A DNA stretch of 38,073 nt from Patescibacteria group bacterium (GTDB lineage: Bacteria; Patescibacteriota; Patescibacteriia; Patescibacteriales; UBA12465). Each line of letters begins with the position of its first letter. Position 1 is the first letter of the stretch. The stretch lies in assembly GCA_041679025.1 (NCBI GenBank), contig JBAYNC010000001.1:1-38073 (forward strand). Reading direction: 5' to 3'. The position numbers and the translations under genes were made by a program. Under the pieces are notes generated by a model that worked only from the letters and a program-made list of their open reading frames with translations, was not told where the DNA came from and made no database searches. Shown in pieces: positions 33,700-38,073 of this stretch.

Positions 33700-34287
33700 T
33701 TGTCTAACTATAAAAAAATCAGAATCATGAAAAAAGTAAATTTTTTTACCAGCCTGTTCTTTAGTTCAAAAAAAACTATTGAAAAAATCCAACCGCAGCT
33801 CCAAAGCTTAGAGGTGGAAATTAATAAAATTGAAGCCATGGAAAATAAAGTGGAAGCTATCGTTAAGCTCTTCCAGGTTATTTCTCCAATCCAGGATACC
33901 GGTGGTTTTAGCCAGGAAATTTTTGAGCTCAAAAGCCACAATAGTGATGGTAAGCTTACTGCTAAAATTGAAGCACTTGAAGTTTTGCAGAAACATTTCC
34001 ACAATGCTGGCCGCTCAAAATATGGCATTAATCGAACTGATAAGGGTGAAGAAGTTACCAATGAAAAAGTTTTTTTGGGCAACGTGTTCGGACTTTGGAC
34101 AAAAACAGCCGCTTACTGGCTCAGCGAAAAAACAAATTTGGAAAAATCTTTCCGTCCCGATGTATCGAAGGATCAGAAAAATCCAGTGACATGCTGGTGG
34201 ATGATTCACGATTATCAGTGCGGTAACTTCATCAAAAGCCATACCGATGGTATTCTTAAGCAAATTAAGGTATTAAAGGTGGCTTAA
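33700..34287 (+). CDS. Hypothetical protein (195 aa from TTG 33700, or 186 aa from ATG 33727); N-terminal coiled coil, Trp/Cys-containing C-terminal region
   Basis: Longest of several overlapping ORFs here, with its own promoter and terminator. Codon usage is visibly richer in C-ending codons (ctc, atc, ttc, cag, agc) than neighbouring genes. No recognisable family. Confidence 0.5.
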   Translation: MSNYKKIRIMKKVNFFTSLFFSSKKTIEKIQPQLQSLEVEINKIEAMENKVEAIVKLFQVISPIQDTGGFSQEIFELKSHNSDGKLTAKIEALEVLQKHFHNAGRSKYGINRTDKGEEVTNEKVFLGNVFGLWTKTAAYWLSEKTNLEKSFRPDVSKDQKNPVTCWWMIHDYQCGNFIKSHTDGILKQIKVLKVA

Positions 34288-34309
34288 CCGGTTGCATCGT
34301 CATCATTTT

Positions 34310-34341
34310 AAGGAAGTCTAGCAATAGCCTTCCTTTTTTAT
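34310..34341 (+). terminator. Terminator after the 195-aa ORF
   Basis: Stem AAGGAAG (34310-34316) / CTTCCTT (34329-34335), 12-nt loop, then TTTTTA. Confidence 0.6.
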
Positions 34342-34389
34342 TTGTCTAAAGTTACAATATTGAAAAATTTATACCAATCGTTAAATTAT

Positions 34390-34418
34390 TTGACATCTTT
34401 AGGTAAATAAGCTAATCT
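34390..34418 (+). promoter_or_regulatory. Promoter TTGACA-17-TAATCT for rpsB-tsf
   Basis: TTGACA at 34390-34395 and TAATCT at 34413-34418. Predicts a leader of about 118 nt. Confidence 0.55.
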
Positions 34419-34424
34419 AGGACT

Positions 34425-34519
34425 TAGAGGTTTAGACCTCTATTTTATAATTTATAATAAAAAACATCATATTCCGCTTATTTTTCTTGTCTAATTATCA
34501 TTAATTAGATCCGCGGAAT
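34425..34519 (+). promoter_or_regulatory. Structured rpsB 5' leader: small hairpin plus a long two-tier hairpin
   Basis: Hairpin 1: TAGAGGT (34425-34431) / ACCTCTA (34436-34442), then a U-rich run. Hairpin 2: outer stem ATTCCGC (34471-34477) / GCGGAAT (34513-34519) enclosing inner stem TCTAATTA (34490-34497) / TAATTAGA (34502-34509). The ATG lies 24 nt downstream. Confidence 0.5.
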
Positions 34520-34542
34520 AGACGTTTAAAGAAAAAAAAACT

Positions 34543-35235
34543 ATGAATATTCCTAAAATTGAGGAATTGTTTAAAGCCGGTGCCCATTTTGGTCACAGAA
34601 CTAATCGTTGGCACCCAAAAATGAAGCCTTTCATTTTTTGTTCTAAAAAAGGTGTCTATGTGATCGATTTGAATAAGACTCAAGAATGTTTAGAGAGTGC
34701 TTTAACTTATATGCAAAAATTAGTTAAAGAGGAAAAATCAATCTTGTTTGTGGGTACCAAGAATCAAGTTAAGAAACCGATGCAGGAAGCGGCTATTGCT
34801 TCCGGAATGCCTTATATCGTTGGAAAATGGTCCGGCGGTTATTTGACTAACTTTGTAGTTATTAAACGATCTATTAAGAAGTATCAAGATTTATTAACTC
34901 AAAAGGAAGAGGGCAAATTAGATAAATATAACAAAAAAGAACGTTTAAATATTGATCGTGAGCTCAAAAAGATGGAAGCTAAATTAGGTGGTTTGGTCAA
35001 TCTGAATAAACTCCCTGACGCTTTATTCGTCTGGGATATTAAGGAAGAGGCTACAGCCATTGAAGAAGCTCTTAGCATGAAAGTCCCGGTCATTGCTATT
35101 GTCGATACTAATGTCAATCCTGATTTGGTAAAATATCCTATCCCAGCCAATGATGATTCTACTAAAACTGTGAAAGTGCTTTTGGCCGCGGTAGTTGATG
35201 CTATTGTTGAGGCTCGAAAGGCCAAAAAAGAATAA
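34543..35235 (+). CDS. rpsB: 30S ribosomal protein S2
   Basis: LFKAGAHFGHRTNRWHPKMKPFIF...ILFVGTK...GGYLTN...PDALFVWD...EA..M.VPVIAIVDTN. Confidence 0.97.
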   Translation: MNIPKIEELFKAGAHFGHRTNRWHPKMKPFIFCSKKGVYVIDLNKTQECLESALTYMQKLVKEEKSILFVGTKNQVKKPMQEAAIASGMPYIVGKWSGGYLTNFVVIKRSIKKYQDLLTQKEEGKLDKYNKKERLNIDRELKKMEAKLGGLVNLNKLPDALFVWDIKEEATAIEEALSMKVPVIAIVDTNVNPDLVKYPIPANDDSTKTVKVLLAAVVDAIVEARKAKKE

Positions 35236-35268
35236 GATAAATTTAAATTATTTAATTTTGTAAATAAT

Positions 35269-36063
35269 ATGGAACAAATTAAAGCTTTACGTGAAAAAAC
35301 TGGTGCTGGTATGGTTGATTGCAAGAAGGCTCTAGAAGAGTCTGGTGGCGATTTGGACAAGGCGGTAGAAATTTTACGTAAGAAGGGAATTGCTAAAGCT
35401 ACCAAAAGAACTGACCGCGAGGCCAGTGAAGGTTTGGTTTTAGTTGCTGTTAACGATGAAAAAAATGAAGGTTATATTTTAGAAGTTAATTCTGAAACTG
35501 ATTTTGTTTCTCGAAATGATAAATTTAAAGAATTCTCTCAAACAACCCTAGACCTTATTAAAAATTCTAAACCAACTGATTTAGAGACCTTGCTTGCTTT
35601 GCAAATTAATGGTCTGTCAGTTAAAGATACTTTAGACGCCTTAAGTGGTACTATTGGAGAAAAGTTGAGTATCAAGAACTTTGCTATTTTAACTGGTGCT
35701 ACTGTTGCTAGTTATTCTCATTTAGGTGGTCGGATTGGTGTTTTAGTAGCTTTGTCAGAAGCTGGTAAGAGCGAATTAGCTGGCGATATTGCGATGCAAG
35801 TAGCAGCTTCTAATCCTCGTTACCTATTACCAGAGGAAGTTCCAATGGAAGAGATTAACAAAGAAAAAGAAATATATCGTGAACAGCTTTTGAAGGAAGG
35901 TAAGCCAGAACAAATGATTGAGAAGATTGCCGAGGGTAAGATTAACAAATATTATTCTGAGGTTTGTCTCTTAAAGCAAGAATTTATTAAAGATGATAAA
36001 AAGACGGTCGAAGATATCTTAGGTGGTGTCAAGATCGACAAGTTTATCCGTTATAGTTTATAA
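35269..36063 (+). CDS. tsf: Elongation factor Ts
   Basis: IKALREKTGAGMVDCKKALEESGGDLDKAVEILRKKG (UBA-like N-domain), plus ETDFVSRNDKF and MQVAASNP. Confidence 0.95.
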   Translation: MEQIKALREKTGAGMVDCKKALEESGGDLDKAVEILRKKGIAKATKRTDREASEGLVLVAVNDEKNEGYILEVNSETDFVSRNDKFKEFSQTTLDLIKNSKPTDLETLLALQINGLSVKDTLDALSGTIGEKLSIKNFAILTGATVASYSHLGGRIGVLVALSEAGKSELAGDIAMQVAASNPRYLLPEEVPMEEINKEKEIYREQLLKEGKPEQMIEKIAEGKINKYYSEVCLLKQEFIKDDKKTVEDILGGVKIDKFIRYSL

Positions 36064-36077
36064 CTTTTTTTCTTTTC

Positions 36078-36108
36078 AATTCCGCCTCGATGGCGGAATT
36101 GTCTTATT
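36078..36108 (+). terminator. Terminator after tsf
   Basis: Perfect 9-bp stem AATTCCGCC / GGCGGAATT, loop TCGAT. The U-tail is weak (GTCTTATT). Confidence 0.6.
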
Positions 36109-36114
36109 ACGCCT

Positions 36115-36924
36115 ATGAAAATAGTTCAAATTCAATTTTCTCCCTGGGATAAAAAATACAATTTTATTAATAGTGAAAATATTTCTCTAAAAATTAATGA
36201 TCAAGTAATTGTTGATACTGATTTAGGTTTGGAAATTGGTGAAGTGGTTGGATTTTTAAAGGAGCCAGAGGAAAAAACTGAAGAGCTAAAGCCAGTCGTC
36301 CGCTTAGCTACAACAGAAGATTTGGATAAAGTTGTTTCTGAAAAGAAGAAGCAAGAAGCCCTGGTCTATTGCCAAGAACTAGCAGAAAAATATAATTTGC
36401 CAATGAAGTTGGTAGATACTCACTTCGCTTTGAATGGTTCTCGTCTGAATTTTGCTTTTGCCGCTGAGGGTCGGGTCGATTTTCGCCAATTAGTTAAAGA
36501 TTTAACTACCCACTTCAATACTAGTATTCGCTTGACTCAAATTGGAGCTCGAGATGAAGCTCGGGTTAATGGGGATTGTGGCCATTGTGGTCGGGATCTT
36601 TGTTGTAAGAAGTTTATTAAAGATTTTTCTTCTATTACTTCAGAAATGGCTGAAGCTCAACAGGTGGTTCATCGAGGTAGTGATCGTATTTCCGGGATGT
36701 GTGGCCGTCTGATGTGTTGTTTGTCTTATGAGTATGATGGTTATCAAGAGTTAGCTAAAAAATTACCGCCAATTGGGGCCAAAGTTAATGTTGATGGTCA
36801 AAGAGGTGAGGTTTTAGGGCATCATGTTCTAAAACAATCAGTTGATGTTAAGTTTCCAGGAGAAAAAGGTGAGGGGTATGTCGTCGTTGAGGTTGATCTC
36901 AATCGACATAATAAGAAAAAATAA
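36115..36924 (+). CDS. ricT: PSP1-domain protein (RicT/YaaT-like, Cys-rich Fe-S regulatory subunit)
   Basis: Contains FAFAAEGRVDFRQLVKDL...IRLTQIGARDEAR..GDCGHCGRDLCCKKF...GMCGRLMCCLSYE. Confidence 0.85.
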   Translation: MKIVQIQFSPWDKKYNFINSENISLKINDQVIVDTDLGLEIGEVVGFLKEPEEKTEELKPVVRLATTEDLDKVVSEKKKQEALVYCQELAEKYNLPMKLVDTHFALNGSRLNFAFAAEGRVDFRQLVKDLTTHFNTSIRLTQIGARDEARVNGDCGHCGRDLCCKKFIKDFSSITSEMAEAQQVVHRGSDRISGMCGRLMCCLSYEYDGYQELAKKLPPIGAKVNVDGQRGEVLGHHVLKQSVDVKFPGEKGEGYVVVEVDLNRHNKKK

Positions 36925-36952
36925 TTATTCTAATATTTTTCAGAGATAAAAA

Positions 36953-36980
36953 TACTCCTGCTCGGGGGTATTTTTTGTTT
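36953..36980 (+). terminator. Terminator after ricT
   Basis: Stem TACTCC / GGGGTA with one G-U pair, then TTTTTTGTTTT. The 5' flank AAAAATACTCC is identical to the terminator at 15791. Confidence 0.6.
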
Positions 36981-37000
36981 TGCCTCTTTTATTGTTTTTG

Positions 37001-37009
37001 TGCTATAAT
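37001..37009 (+). promoter_or_regulatory. Extended -10 TGCTATAAT upstream of gap
   Basis: Exact TGnTATAAT, 36 nt upstream of ATG 37046. Confidence 0.55.
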
Positions 37010-37045
37010 TAAAGCATAAATTATTTATTATTTAGACTTAAAACT

Positions 37046-38056
37046 ATGATTAAGCTAGCAATTAATGGCTTGGGTCGAATTGGTCGAGCCACTTTAAAAA
37101 TTGTCTTAGAGAAACATAAAGATGTTCAGGTGGTCGCTGTTAATGATTTAACTGACACTAAGACTTTGGCGCATTTATTAAAATATGATTCTTGTTATGG
37201 TATTTATGATACTAAGGTTGATTTTGACGCTAAGCATTTAATTATCAAGGGTCAAAAAATTCCGGTTCTAGCAGAAAAAGACCCAGCTCTTTTACCTTGG
37301 AAAAAATTAGATGTTGATGTTGTTTTGGAATGCACTGGTCGTTTTACTAATAAGGAAGGACTATCTTGCCATTTAGAGGCTGGCGCCAAGAAAGTTATTC
37401 TCTCCGCTCCGGCCAAGGGCAAAGAGGACAAGGTCAAGACAATTGTTATCAGTGTTAATGAAGATAAAATTACTAAATCTGATAGAATGCTTTCCTGTGC
37501 TTCTTGTACTACTAATTGTTTAGCTCCGGTTTCTGATATTGTGCGTCAATATTTTGGGATCAAAAAAGCAATTATGACCACCATCCATTCCTATACCGCT
37601 GATCAGAATTTAGTTGATGGACCTCATAAAGATTTGAGACGAGCTCGAGCGGCAGCTTTAAATATGGTCCCAACCACTACCGGTGCTGCTTTATCAGTTA
37701 CGGAAACAATTCCGTCTTTGAAAGATAAGTTTGATGGTTTGGCAGTTCGAGTTCCAACTCCGGTTGGTTCCTTATGTGATATTGTTTTCGTGACCAAGAA
37801 AAAGGTGAGTGTAGAGAAAGTTAATGAAGTTTTCAAAAAAGTGGCCAAGATGAAGCGATATGCTGGCATTATCTCTGCCAGCGAAGAACCTTTAGTTTCT
37901 ACTGATATTATTGGTAATTCTTATAGTGCTATTGTTGATTTACCAATGACTAAGGTGGTTGATGGTGATTTGTTGAAGGTGACTGCTTGGTATGATAATG
38001 AATGGGGCTATTCAAATCGTTTGGCGGAGCTAGCAGTTTATTTCGCTAAAAAATAA
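37046..38056 (+). CDS. gap: Glyceraldehyde-3-phosphate dehydrogenase, type I
   Basis: INGLGRIGR, active site SCASCTTNCLAP, and WYDNEWGYSNR. Confidence 0.95.
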   Translation: MIKLAINGLGRIGRATLKIVLEKHKDVQVVAVNDLTDTKTLAHLLKYDSCYGIYDTKVDFDAKHLIIKGQKIPVLAEKDPALLPWKKLDVDVVLECTGRFTNKEGLSCHLEAGAKKVILSAPAKGKEDKVKTIVISVNEDKITKSDRMLSCASCTTNCLAPVSDIVRQYFGIKKAIMTTIHSYTADQNLVDGPHKDLRRARAAALNMVPTTTGAALSVTETIPSLKDKFDGLAVRVPTPVGSLCDIVFVTKKKVSVEKVNEVFKKVAKMKRYAGIISASEEPLVSTDIIGNSYSAIVDLPMTKVVDGDLLKVTAWYDNEWGYSNRLAELAVYFAKK

Positions 38057-38073
38057 TATTAATTTTATGTTTA

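Noticed and set aside
33708-34263. Three alternative ORFs (33708-34082 -, 33830-34189 +, 34015-34263 -) overlapping the 195-aa ORF
   Set aside because: All are shorter than the 33700-34287 frame, and only that frame is aligned with the promoter and terminator. I read them as a by-product of the locally stop-poor composition. That multi-frame openness is reported as a finding rather than as genes.
34899-35405. 168-aa ORF antisense to rpsB/tsf
   Set aside because: It overlaps two unambiguous, highly conserved ribosomal and translation genes and spans their intergenic spacer. It is an antisense artefact.
1-38073. CRISPR arrays, tRNA/rRNA genes, insertion sequences, integrases
   Set aside because: I found no regularly spaced short repeats, no T-loop or acceptor-like sequences in any intergenic region, and no ORF with transposase, recombinase or reverse-transcriptase motifs. 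The only dispersed repeat is the 5194/6331 pair.
38066-38073. ATG at 38066 as the start of the next gene (pgk would be expected after gap)
   Set aside because: Only 8 nt are available, so the call cannot be supported.

Overview
AT-rich, very gene-dense bacterial chromosome segment with about 40 protein genes. I found no rRNA, tRNA, CRISPR array, transposase or integrase. The standard genetic code applies, since TGA is used as a stop at 20131-20133 and 24352-24354. Several traits point to a small-genome Patescibacteria/CPR-like organism, but this is inference only: tiny or overlapping intergenic gaps, no Shine-Dalgarno motifs, extended -10 promoters, an archaeal-type class I aldolase, and a giant LTD/LamG surface protein. 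Gene order: fcl(partial)-gmd-WbaP-like sugar transferase (-) | Wzy-like ligase/TPR, wHTH-NTase + HEPN pair, membrane protein, 1271-aa secreted multidomain protein, ORFan (+) | class I aldolase (-) | membrane protein, FtsW/RodA, L25 (+) | prmC-prfA-rpmE (-) | rfbB-rfbD-rfbA-hisS-GerMN (+) | rnhB, small ORF (-) | HExxH membrane protein, beta-CASP RNase, holin-like protein, Cas4-like nuclease, bPH membrane protein, Smr, AlkD-like, unknown, cysS, dus, transglutaminase-like secreted protein (+) | two ORFans | rpsB-tsf, ricT, gap (+). No complete, clearly novel multi-gene system can be proven from sequence alone. The best candidates are: (1) the wHTH-nucleotidyltransferase/HEPN cassette, bracketed by ~105-bp direct repeats that duplicate a terminator plus promoter and preceded by a paired-palindrome operator; (2) a 1.4-kb islet of two independently promoted and terminated ORFans (33121-34342), one with atypical codon usage shared with a third ORFan at 11476; (3) the membrane protein plus giant permuted-papain/LTDx2/LamGx2 exoprotein pair; (4) a tight run of membrane and nucleic-acid-cutting genes (25746-29339); (5) structured RNA elements in the rpsB leader and inside the rpmE-prfA-prmC operon. 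All domain calls come from motif recognition by eye and need HMM or structure confirmation.
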